From NCBI GenBank assembly GCA_963666985.2, contig CAXXIA010000002.1, forward strand, positions 2,304,001-2,368,000: a DNA stretch of 64,000 nucleotides, read 5' to 3'. Below, piece after piece: positions 55,936 to 64,000 of this stretch. This DNA is from Spirochaetia bacterium. GTDB lineage: Bacteria > Spirochaetota > Spirochaetia > DSM-2461. Under the pieces are notes generated by a model. It saw nothing but the letters and a program-made list of their open reading frames with translations. It was not told the DNA's origin and did not search any database. Numbering within the stretch: position 1 is the stretch's first letter; the number at the start of each line of letters is the position of its first letter. Both the position numbers and the translations under genes were made by a program.

Positions 55936-56892
55936 ATGACGGTCGATTCTCCGTATGCGGACTGCCGACTCTGCCCGCGTTTATGCGGCGCGGACCGGAT
56001 TGCGGGCGAGCGCGGTTTCTGCGGCGAAACCCACGAGCTTCGCCTGGCCGCGGCCGGACTCCATTTCGGCGAAGAGCCGCCTCTAACCGGGAACGGCGGA
56101 AGCGGAACCATTTTTATTTCCGGCTGCTCCATGGGCTGTCCGTTCTGTCAAAATCACCAAATCAGCAAAGGCGGACTTGGACGTGTTGTGGACCGGACGG
56201 AATTCATCCGTATCTGCGAAGTCCTCCGGGACGCCGGCTCCGAAAACCTTAATCTTGTTACACCGTCTCATATGGCTCCCACTCTCGCCGATTATCTGGG
56301 GGCCGTCCGCGAGGCGGGAATCGGCCTCCCCGTTGCCTGGAACTCGTCGGGATTCGAATCGCCCGAAGCCGTGGAACTGGCCGCGCCGCTGGTGGATATT
56401 TGGCTGCCCGATTTGAAAACCCTTGATGAATCGGCAGCGAAAGAAATTTACGGCGTTTCCGGCTATCCGCAGGCCGTCCGCGCCGCTCTCGGTGCGATGG
56501 CCGCGGCGAGTGAACTTTCTGTGGATGAAGAGGGCCGCCTTGTACGCGGTTTGATGATTCGGCACCTGGTTGTTCCGGGACGGCTGGAATCCACCAGGGG
56601 CGTTCTGGAGTGGTTCGCGGAGAATCTGGCGGAAAAGGCCTGGCTCTCGCTGATGACCCAATACACACCCGTCCGTGTTCCCGGAGAAACGAGGGCCGTC
56701 CCCGAAAGACAGCTGAACGGCTCCGAATACGAGACTCTCCTCGAATGGCTGGAGGAACTCGGAATAGACGACGGATTCCTTCAGGACCTGGTTCCCGGAA
56801 GCGATTGGCTGCCGGATTTTTCGCGGCCGAATCCGTTCGGATCGGAACTCTCGCGAATCCTCTGGCGGTGGGATACGGAATTCACCGTTTAA
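55936..56892 (+). CDS. Radical SAM protein, PflX-like
   Basis: N-terminal 'CRLCPRLC', 'HFGEEPP', CxxxCxxC 'CSMGCPFCQN', 'NLNLVTPSH', 'IRHLVVPG'. Confidence 0.88.
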   Translation: MTVDSPYADCRLCPRLCGADRIAGERGFCGETHELRLAAAGLHFGEEPPLTGNGGSGTIFISGCSMGCPFCQNHQISKGGLGRVVDRTEFIRICEVLRDAGSENLNLVTPSHMAPTLADYLGAVREAGIGLPVAWNSSGFESPEAVELAAPLVDIWLPDLKTLDESAAKEIYGVSGYPQAVRAALGAMAAASELSVDEEGRLVRGLMIRHLVVPGRLESTRGVLEWFAENLAEKAWLSLMTQYTPVRVPGETRAVPERQLNGSEYETLLEWLEELGIDDGFLQDLVPGSDWLPDFSRPNPFGSELSRILWRWDTEFTV

Positions 56893-57010
56893 TCCGCGGC
56901 CGCTCTTCGTCGGCCGCTTCTGCATAACCTTAACTTCCTTAGCTTCCGAAACCAATTTTTCCGGCGGCTTTTTTTCAGCACGAAACGGCGGGATCTTTTT
57001 CTACAGCCTG

Positions 57011-57712
57011 TTAGGGCGCGATTACGGTTCCGACGAATTCTTTCCCTTCCAGAATGGCCGTGAGATTCTCCAAATCCCGGCCCGCGGCGGCCACAACGGT
57101 CAGTCCCGCTTCGGCCGCCCGTTTCGTCGCCACCGGGTCGAAGGGGACATTGGCGCCGGGATTCCATTGAGTACCCGCCAAAACGGAGTATTCGTTCCAG
57201 GTTAATCGTTCCAGCGGTACGGCGTCCGGATTTTTCTTGGGATCGTCGCTGTACACCTGTGCGATGTTCGAAAGCATTAAGATTTGAGATGCTCCGAAAC
57301 GTTCGGCCAGCATGACCGCGTCGAAATCCGTTGAGAAGCCCGGTTTCCATCCGGCGGCCATGAGAATGCGTCCGGTAAAGTCGAAATCGGCCGTCGGATC
57401 GGTTACCACGGGGTCCGGACTGAGCGGTCCGAGAAGCGCCCTGACCATTTCCGCGTTGAGCCGCGTGGCCATTACGCCCACCCAGTCCAGTGATTCGGCC
57501 GGTGTGCCGGGCGCCAGTTCCCTCACCGCTCCCTGCCAGGCTCTGGCGGCTCCGCCTCCGCCCACGACCATGATGAATCGTTCCTCGGGATTCTTTCGCA
57601 GCCGATCCGCGATAAAAGCTAAGAATTGCTTCAGGAACGCCGTATCGGGTTTTTCCGGAGCAACGATGGATCCGCCGAAATCCAGAACAGTCACATTTGC
57701 ATTGTCTTTCAT
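57011..57712 (-). CDS. pyrH: Uridylate kinase (archaeal-type UMP kinase)
   Basis: 'FGGS', 'VVGGGGAAR', 'ATRLNA', 'GWKPGFSTD', 'VYSDDPKK', 'PFDPVA'. Confidence 0.9.
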   Translation of the reverse strand: MKDNANVTVLDFGGSIVAPEKPDTAFLKQFLAFIADRLRKNPEERFIMVVGGGGAARAWQGAVRELAPGTPAESLDWVGVMATRLNAEMVRALLGPLSPDPVVTDPTADFDFTGRILMAAGWKPGFSTDFDAVMLAERFGASQILMLSNIAQVYSDDPKKNPDAVPLERLTWNEYSVLAGTQWNPGANVPFDPVATKRAAEAGLTVVAAAGRDLENLTAILEGKEFVGTVIAP

Positions 57713-57879
57713 GGTCTTCTCCCGAGGGAATGATGCTCAGAATATCAGTCGGCATGCCTGAGGATAAAGATCATCCCGCTGAAAACCGAATATTATATTT
57801 TCCGAACCTTAATCGGGCGGCACGGAACGCCGTCTTGACGACCGGGGGGAAAGGGCGGTTAAATGGCCCGAGAGGTTTC

Positions 57880-58569
57880 GTGTTGAATCGTCCCGTCATT
57901 TTTCGCATTGTCATTATGCTGACCGTTTGCCTTGCGCAGGCCGGTTCCGCTTTCGGACAGGAAACGGCTTCCCGTTTTTTCGAAAGGGTTTCCGAGCGTT
58001 ACGAATCCATTGAGGATTACACGGCCGATCTGAAGATTACGAAAGGCGATGAGGAGCAGTTCGCGACCGTCTGGTACAAAAATCCGGACAAACTCCGTCT
58101 TGATTTTTCCGAGCCGGCCGAAATGGTTATCGCCGTTGGCGAAGAGACGCTCCAGGTCTGGGTTCCCTCATACGGCGTGACATTTTCTCAGCCGCTTAAA
58201 AGGAACAGTCAGGCTCAAATGGCCGGATTGTCCGGATCTCGGGGATTGGAGCTGCTTTCAAAATATTACACGATTTCCTATAATCCGTCCCCGACTCCGG
58301 TTCCGCTTGATGCCGGTTCCTCGGAAATGGTCGTCAAACTGAAGGCGGAATGGAAGACGACAAACGAAGGTTTCCGCAGACTCGAGCTGAGCATCGATTC
58401 CGACTTGAGAATTCGGAGGATAATCGGTGTTACAACCGTTGGTGAGACCATTATGTTCGATTTTTCGAACATGGTTCTGAATAAGGGGATTCCCGATACC
58501 CGATTTGACTATGAAAGTCCGCCAACCGGTAATACCATCGAGAATTTTTTATTTGATCCGGAGAGCTGA
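57880..58569 (+). CDS. lolA: Outer-membrane lipoprotein carrier LolA-like protein
   Basis: Signal peptide, 'DYTAD', 'YKNPDKLRLDF.EP', 'NKGIPDTRF.Y..P'; GTG start behind GAGG is inferred. Confidence 0.75.
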   Translation: MLNRPVIFRIVIMLTVCLAQAGSAFGQETASRFFERVSERYESIEDYTADLKITKGDEEQFATVWYKNPDKLRLDFSEPAEMVIAVGEETLQVWVPSYGVTFSQPLKRNSQAQMAGLSGSRGLELLSKYYTISYNPSPTPVPLDAGSSEMVVKLKAEWKTTNEGFRRLELSIDSDLRIRRIIGVTTVGETIMFDFSNMVLNKGIPDTRFDYESPPTGNTIENFLFDPES

Positions 58570-58574
58570 ACATC

Positions 58575-59670
58575 ATGAAATCCCTAGGCGACACATTAAA
58601 GACGGCGCGTGAAGAACGCGGGATTTCCATGGATCAGGTGGTTCATGAAACGAATATCTCCCGGAACTACCTCGAAGCACTTGAGAATGAGGATTTTGAC
58701 GAGTTTCCCGCGGAGGCCTATCTCATAGGCTTCCTTCGAAATTATTCGGATTTCCTGGGACTCGACTCCGACAAAATCGTCGGCCAATTCAAAAATTACA
58801 AACTCAGCGAGGAACCGACTCCCTTACAGGAATTGGTCGGCCGGCCGAAAGGTTCGGTGATTAAAAAGATAGGTCCCTGGGTTCTGATTGCGGTTGTTTT
58901 GGCCGCCGCGGGAGTCCTCGGGATTCCCCGTCTGATTTCCGTGGCCGGCAACTTTAAGGAAGAGCGGGCCCGAAAGGCCGAAGAGGCGCAGGAACCGGCG
59001 GAAATCCGTGAGATTGTCCCCCCCCCCGCCGCTTTGGGAAGGAGAGATTCGCCCGACGGATATTCTCGTTCTCGAGGGCCCCGACGGAACTCTCCGTCTG
59101 TCGGTCTCCGGCGGAGAAGGCTCGCTGGCGTTTTCCGATACCGATGGACATATCTGGTCCATGATTTTGGGTGAAGAAATCTATATCCCGGACAGTCACG
59201 GAAAACCCGCCTGGAGAATGTATCTGAAGGATCTGGGACTTCCGGGAAACGGCGGAATCCTCGAAATCCAGTTGTTGGCTGAAATTATCGCCGAAGAGGA
59301 TTATGTCGCCCAAGATGTCGAGCCTCCCAGCGGAGAAGCCGAACGCCGCCGTGAACCGCAGATTATCTTCGGCGCGGAGAGACCGGATCGGTTTACCCTG
59401 GAAATCGCGTTCAATGATTTTTGTCTGTTCCGCTATAAGGTCGACAGCCAGGAACCCCGGGAAGACTATTATGCCAACGGCGAGAACTTTCGTCTGGACA
59501 TAGGCCGAACCCTGACGATTTGGGCCTCGAACGCCGGCGCTCTTTCCGCTAAAATCGGTGGGAAGGAATTGGTTTTGGGGAAACGCGGAGAAGTTTCCGT
59601 CGGGCAGTTCCGCTGGGTGCTTAACCAGGACAGCGGCGCTTACGATTTGTCATTCGTTCCCCTGTACTGA
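58575..59670 (+). pseudogene. rodZ: RodZ-like protein (HTH + TM + DUF4115-like), frameshifted at a C10 run
   Basis: 'LGDTLKTAREERG...YLEALE...GFLRNYSDFLGL' in one frame; continuation with 'WASNAGAL...LGKRGEV' in the +1 frame; switch at C10 59018-59027; may be a sequencing artefact. Confidence 0.8.
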
Positions 59671-59804
59671 TACGCGTCCGGTTCCGCCGCTTACGGCGTT
59701 ATGAACCGGCGAATGATTCGGAAGGACGAGAGTGACGCGCGGATGAAGTCCGTGCGTCGCGGAAACGTCGCCGGATGCCCCGAAGAGAGCATATAATGAA
59801 CATT

Positions 59805-61289
59805 ATGTCTTCAGACCGAATCCCCGGCGTTTCGTCCGGCGGCGGTGTTTTTTACGTGGAAAACTTGGGCTGCGCGAAAAACCAAGTCGATGCCGAGGTT
59901 ATCATCGCTTCCCTGAAAGCATCCGGCTGGACCTATGCTCCCGACAATCCCGATTCGGCCGACCTTATTATCGTCAATACCTGCGGCTTCATCCGGAGCG
60001 CTCAGCAGGAAGCTCTGGACGCGCTGATGGGCGCCAAACGCGAGTACCCGCATAAGCGCGTTATCGCCGCGGGATGTTTGGCCCAAAGATGGGCGAAGGA
60101 ACTCTCCGACCTGCTTCCCGAACTGGACGGTGTTTTCGGCAACAGGTCTCCCCGGCGCATCGCCGAGATCACCGAAGCCGTGATGGCCGGAAAAAAACCC
60201 GTTTTTACGCCGGAAGGAGAAAATCAGGGTGCCGACAGGCGTGATTTTTTCGGTTTTAAACGATCTGTTTTCCTGAAAATCGCCGACGGATGCGATCATC
60301 GCTGCCGCTATTGCGCCATTCCTTTGATTAAAGGTCCGCTGGTCAGCCGACCCGAAGCGGATATTCTGGCGGAGACGGACGCCCTGTTGGCTCAGGGCGT
60401 TTATGAGATCAATCTTGTCGCTCAGGATCTGTCGGCCTACGGATCGGACCGCGGAGAGCGGGGCGGGGAAGGATTGATCCGTCTTCTTCGCGGCATTCTG
60501 GATACGAAGCGGGTTCGGGACGATTTTCGGATTCGGCTTTTGTATCTGCATCCCGACGAGTTCCCTCTCGGCCTGCTCGATCTTATGGCTTCCGATCCGA
60601 GGCTGCTGCCTTACCTCGACATTCCCTTCCAGCATGCCTCCGCGCCGGTGCTGCGGGCCATGGGACGCTCCGGAAACACGGATTCCTATCTTCGTCTTAT
60701 CGATACGATCCGCGGCAAACTTCCCGATGCCGCGATCCGTTCCACCTTCCTTGTGGGGCATCCGGGAGAAGGCCGCCGTGAGTTCGCGGAGCTCCTTCGG
60801 TTCCAAGAGCGGGCCGAACTCGAATGGGTCGGTGTTTTTGCCTGGTCCCGGGAGGAGGGAACGCCGTCGGCCGAAGACCGGGGAGTCTTTTTCTCCCGCT
60901 TCGGGGAATTAATCGGCCGAAGGCGCAAGGAAGAAATCGAAGCGCGCCAAACCCCGCTAACGGAAATGAGGCTGGAGAGGATGATCGGGCGGGAAATCGA
61001 CGTGCTCGTGGAAGAACCGGTGGACGGCGAAGAGTTGGCCATCGGCCGGGGGCCCATGCACGCGCCGGAGGTGGACGGCAGTATCGTCCTTTCTCTGGAA
61101 GATTCGCGGGAAGGCGATGTGGTCCGTTCCCGCATTACGGGCCGGAGCGGATTTGATCTCCGGGGAGAGCCGGTCGCACAGACGGGTAAAACGGCGACCG
61201 GTTCCAGGGCCGCGGGGAAAGCGGATTCCGGATCGCCGGCAGTTGATGCGCCGTTACCGAATGATCCGGCCGCAGGGGGCGCCTTGTGA
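59805..61289 (+). CDS. rimO: Ribosomal protein S12 methylthiotransferase RimO
   Basis: 'LGCAKNQVDAE', 'NTCGFI', CxxxCxxC 'CDHRCRYCAIP', 'APEVDG', TRAM domain; start could be 59775, 59796 or 59805. Confidence 0.93.
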   Translation: MSSDRIPGVSSGGGVFYVENLGCAKNQVDAEVIIASLKASGWTYAPDNPDSADLIIVNTCGFIRSAQQEALDALMGAKREYPHKRVIAAGCLAQRWAKELSDLLPELDGVFGNRSPRRIAEITEAVMAGKKPVFTPEGENQGADRRDFFGFKRSVFLKIADGCDHRCRYCAIPLIKGPLVSRPEADILAETDALLAQGVYEINLVAQDLSAYGSDRGERGGEGLIRLLRGILDTKRVRDDFRIRLLYLHPDEFPLGLLDLMASDPRLLPYLDIPFQHASAPVLRAMGRSGNTDSYLRLIDTIRGKLPDAAIRSTFLVGHPGEGRREFAELLRFQERAELEWVGVFAWSREEGTPSAEDRGVFFSRFGELIGRRRKEEIEARQTPLTEMRLERMIGREIDVLVEEPVDGEELAIGRGPMHAPEVDGSIVLSLEDSREGDVVRSRITGRSGFDLRGEPVAQTGKTATGSRAAGKADSGSPAVDAPLPNDPAAGGAL

Positions 61290-61338
61290 TCTTTATGCGG
61301 CTCCCGCCCCAAATACCGGTTTCTCTTTGGAGCAAGGC

Positions 61339-63555
61339 ATGAGCCGACCGGCTTCGGGGATTTCCCCATGGACTTCCGGATTGAACGAAATGCAGAGGGA
61401 AGCCGTTGTTCACGGAGCCGATCCTCTGCTGATTCTCGCCGGGGCCGGTTCCGGGAAAACGCGGGTTGTAACTTCCCGCATCGCGTGGATGGTGGCCGAA
61501 AAGGGCTTTGATGCTCCTTCCATCCTGGCGGTGACCTTTACGAACAAAGCCGCCGCCGAAATGCGCGAACGGGTTTCGGCCATGGTTCCGGCCGCCGAAT
61601 CGGCCATGATCCGCACCTTTCATTCTTTCGGCGCCTGGCTGCTCCGGCGGAACGCGGGCGCCGCGGATTTGAATCCCAATTTCACCATCTATGACGATGA
61701 CGATCAGGTAACGCTTCTTTCCCGAATCCTCGAAGGCGTGCCCCGCCGGGAACTGCGTCTCTGGGCCCACCGCATCGCCCGGGCCAAGGACGAGGGACTG
61801 AGCTGTGATGACGATTTGTCCTCGTTTTCTCACGATCCGGATTTTCCGGAGATTTACCGCCGCTATGAGGAGAGGCTGAGGAAAATCGGCAACGTGGACT
61901 TCGGCGATCTGATTCTTCTGCCCGTTCTGATGCTGCGCAAAAGGCCCGAAATCCGCGAGCGAATCAGGCAGAGGTTCCGGGCCGTTCTGGTGGACGAATA
62001 TCAGGATACGAACGTGGCCCAGTACGAACTGCTGCGGGAACTGGCCGGTCCGGAGACCTGGCTCGGAGTGGTGGGCGATGAGGATCAGTCCATTTACCGC
62101 TTCCGCGGCGCCGAAGTGAAGAACATCCTCGATTTTCCGAGCCTGTTTCCCGGAACGCGCGTGGTTCGTCTGGAACAGAATTACCGTTCCACCGGGGCCA
62201 TCCTCGATATTGCTTCTGCCGTGGTTTCCCACAACACCGGCCGCCTGGGAAAAACTCTCTGGACCGCGGGTGAGCGGGGGGAGAAGGCCGTTCTGGCTTA
62301 TCTTGAGGATCATAATCAGGAGGCTTCCTGGTGCGCGGACCGCGTGGACGCCGACGGGAATTTCGGCGGAACCGCCATTCTTTATCGGACGAACGCTCAG
62401 TCGCGAATTTTCGAAACGGTCTTTCGCCGCCGCGATATTCCGTATCGCATCGTCGGGACGACAAGTTTCTATCAGCGTGAAGAGGTAAAGGACGTTCTGG
62501 CCTATCTTTCCTGGCTCTCCAACGGGCGCGACGAGGTGGCGTTCCGGCGCATCGCCAATAAACCGGCCCGGGGACTGGGAAAGACCAGTCTGGATCGGCT
62601 GATGGCATCGGCGGCCGGCGAATACGGCGGCGATATCCTGGCGGCCTGCCGTAATACCGATTTGAAGGGAAAGGCGGGCAAAGCTCTGGAGTTTCTTCGC
62701 GGTCTTTCGGAGCGTAATAAGAACGCCGAGTTCGAGCATCTTGGGTTTCTGGTTCAGGATTTGGCCGACGCCTCAGGGTTATTGGCCCATTATCGGGAAG
62801 TGGACCGGATCGAGAACTCCAAGCGGACGGCCAACCTGGACGAGCTGGTGAATGCCGCGGCCGAATACCCGTCGACTCCGGAGGGTTTGGCGGCCTTCCT
62901 GGAACTTGTGGAGCTGGATCAGGCCGTTCTGGAAGAAGAAGAGGACGACGAGAACCGGGTAACGCTCATTACCATGCACAATACGAAGGGACTGGAATTC
63001 GACCGGGTGATTATCACCGGACTGGAGGAAGGTCTTTTTCCCAGGGCCGACGGCGGGATTGACGAGGATGAACTGGAAGAGGAACGCCGTCTGTTTTACG
63101 TGGCCATTACCCGGGCCCGAACGGATTTGGCTTTTACCACCTGCCATCGCCGGATGCTGTGGGGACGAACAGAAACGCGCCGGCCTTCCCGTTTTCTAAG
63201 AGAAATCCCGGACGAATGCGTTCGCGTTGAAGGCGGCGATGCGGATGGGATCTTCGGAGGCGCGGGAGGCTCTTGGGGCGCCGGGTATGGAGCTGGAGAC
63301 GCCGCCGGGATTGCGGGAGGCGCTGGGGTGGGAGGTGCCGATGGCCGTGATGGGAACGCTCCGCCGGATCCCTGGCAGCCGGGTGTTCGGCTGATCCACG
63401 ACGAATATGGAGTCGGCGTTGTGCAGAAACGTCTCGCGAACGGCGGACATACCGTTATTCATGTGCTTTTCGAATCCGGCCGCCGTGCTACGATACTCCC
63501 TGAGTTCTCATCGCATAAAATGGAACTGCTGGGTGTCGCCGGGGAGGATTTCTGA
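61339..63555 (+). CDS. pcrA: SF1 ATP-dependent DNA helicase, PcrA/UvrD type
   Basis: 'AGAGSGKT', 'TFTNKAA', 'DEYQDTN', 'LEQNYRS', 'TKGLEF', 'EERRLFYVAITRAR', Tudor-like tail. Confidence 0.93.
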   Translation: MSRPASGISPWTSGLNEMQREAVVHGADPLLILAGAGSGKTRVVTSRIAWMVAEKGFDAPSILAVTFTNKAAAEMRERVSAMVPAAESAMIRTFHSFGAWLLRRNAGAADLNPNFTIYDDDDQVTLLSRILEGVPRRELRLWAHRIARAKDEGLSCDDDLSSFSHDPDFPEIYRRYEERLRKIGNVDFGDLILLPVLMLRKRPEIRERIRQRFRAVLVDEYQDTNVAQYELLRELAGPETWLGVVGDEDQSIYRFRGAEVKNILDFPSLFPGTRVVRLEQNYRSTGAILDIASAVVSHNTGRLGKTLWTAGERGEKAVLAYLEDHNQEASWCADRVDADGNFGGTAILYRTNAQSRIFETVFRRRDIPYRIVGTTSFYQREEVKDVLAYLSWLSNGRDEVAFRRIANKPARGLGKTSLDRLMASAAGEYGGDILAACRNTDLKGKAGKALEFLRGLSERNKNAEFEHLGFLVQDLADASGLLAHYREVDRIENSKRTANLDELVNAAAEYPSTPEGLAAFLELVELDQAVLEEEEDDENRVTLITMHNTKGLEFDRVIITGLEEGLFPRADGGIDEDELEEERRLFYVAITRARTDLAFTTCHRRMLWGRTETRRPSRFLREIPDECVRVEGGDADGIFGGAGGSWGAGYGAGDAAGIAGGAGVGGADGRDGNAPPDPWQPGVRLIHDEYGVGVVQKRLANGGHTVIHVLFESGRRATILPEFSSHKMELLGVAGEDF

Positions 63556-64000
63556 TGTTCGGGCCGCTGAATGAACAAGAGAGTGCCGCAATAGACCGTC
63601 TGCCCGTTATCTCCCGGGCTCGGGGGCATCGCCTCTACGGCATCGACGGAACACGCTGGCTGGATTGCTGGGCGGACGGCGGCCGTGCTTTGGCCGGTCA
63701 TCGTCCCAAGGGCGTTTCGCTGCGGCTGAAGAACGAGATTGACCGCGGCCTGTACGCTCCGTATCCGAATCTGTGGGACCGAAGGCTGGAAAAGGCCCTG
63801 CTTCGAATGTTCCCGGGGTATGCGGAGGTTCGGGTGTACCGAAATATTGAGCGTGCCCTGAATCTCCTGGGACTGGAAACTTGGCCCGCCGATCCCCTGG
63901 ACCTGCCGCCGGGAACTCCGTTTGTCGACGGAGCGCTCTGGGGGCGGCCGGGTTTGCCGGATCATCCCCGCTCGGAGATTCTTTTTCCCATTCTGCCGCT
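63555..64000 (+). CDS. Partial ORF running off the window; N-terminus resembles class-III aminotransferase small domain
   Basis: TGATG overlap with the helicase stop; hand translation MFGPLNEQESAAIDRLPVISRARGHRLYGIDGTRWLDCWADGGRALAGHRP; not in the ORF track. Confidence 0.55.
   Translation, partial: MFGPLNEQESAAIDRLPVISRARGHRLYGIDGTRWLDCWADGGRALAGHRPKGVSLRLKNEIDRGLYAPYPNLWDRRLEKALLRMFPGYAEVRVYRNIERALNLLGLETWPADPLDLPPGTPFVDGALWGRPGLPDHPRSEILFPILP

Noticed and set aside
57011..57712. Archaeal-type pyrH as a recent transfer from archaea
   Set aside because: To my knowledge this type is usual in several spirochaete lineages, and its composition looks like the surrounding core genes
1..64000. Prophage, anti-phage defence system or secondary-metabolite cluster
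   Set aside because: No phage structural, integrase, restriction-modification, toxin-antitoxin, cas, NRPS/PKS or RiPP signatures recognised

Overview
Bacterial chromosomal segment, most likely from a Spirochaetaceae-type anaerobe (inference from 'LFANG/LYANG' solute-binding-protein signal peptides, an archaeal-type PyrH and a lolA-rodZ-rimO gene block). It holds about 55 protein genes, one tRNA-Leu(CAA), one apparently intact IS1182-family element, a MITE, an IS110 left-end remnant and two pseudogene-like lesions. The left two thirds are mostly accessory catabolic and regulatory modules: (i) an FAD oxidoreductase, an Old-Yellow-Enzyme-type reductase and an MFS transporter; (ii) a LacI-controlled ABC transporter with a nucleoside hydrolase; (iii) an AT-richer module with a beta-keto-acid cleavage enzyme (BKACE), Ptb, Buk, two transporters and a sigma-54 activator, driven by two back-to-back sigma-54 promoters; (iv) a minimal cheA-cheY-mcp-cheW cassette whose CheA carries an MshEN-like segment; (v) an AT-richer island beside tRNA-Leu containing MarR/MATE with a perfect 48-bp palindrome, an AraC-controlled rare-sugar cluster whose ABC ATPase has an in-frame stop, IS1182, and two 127-bp structured tRNA-linked repeats with compensatory changes. 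The right third is mostly core genes (ppk1, ppx, rmuC, typA, pyrH, lolA, frameshifted rodZ, rimO, pcrA/uvrD). The best candidate for an undescribed system is the sigma-54 BKACE-Ptb-Buk module, a possible ATP-yielding fermentation route for an unknown beta-keto acid. All calls come from reading motifs by eye; no database search was run.
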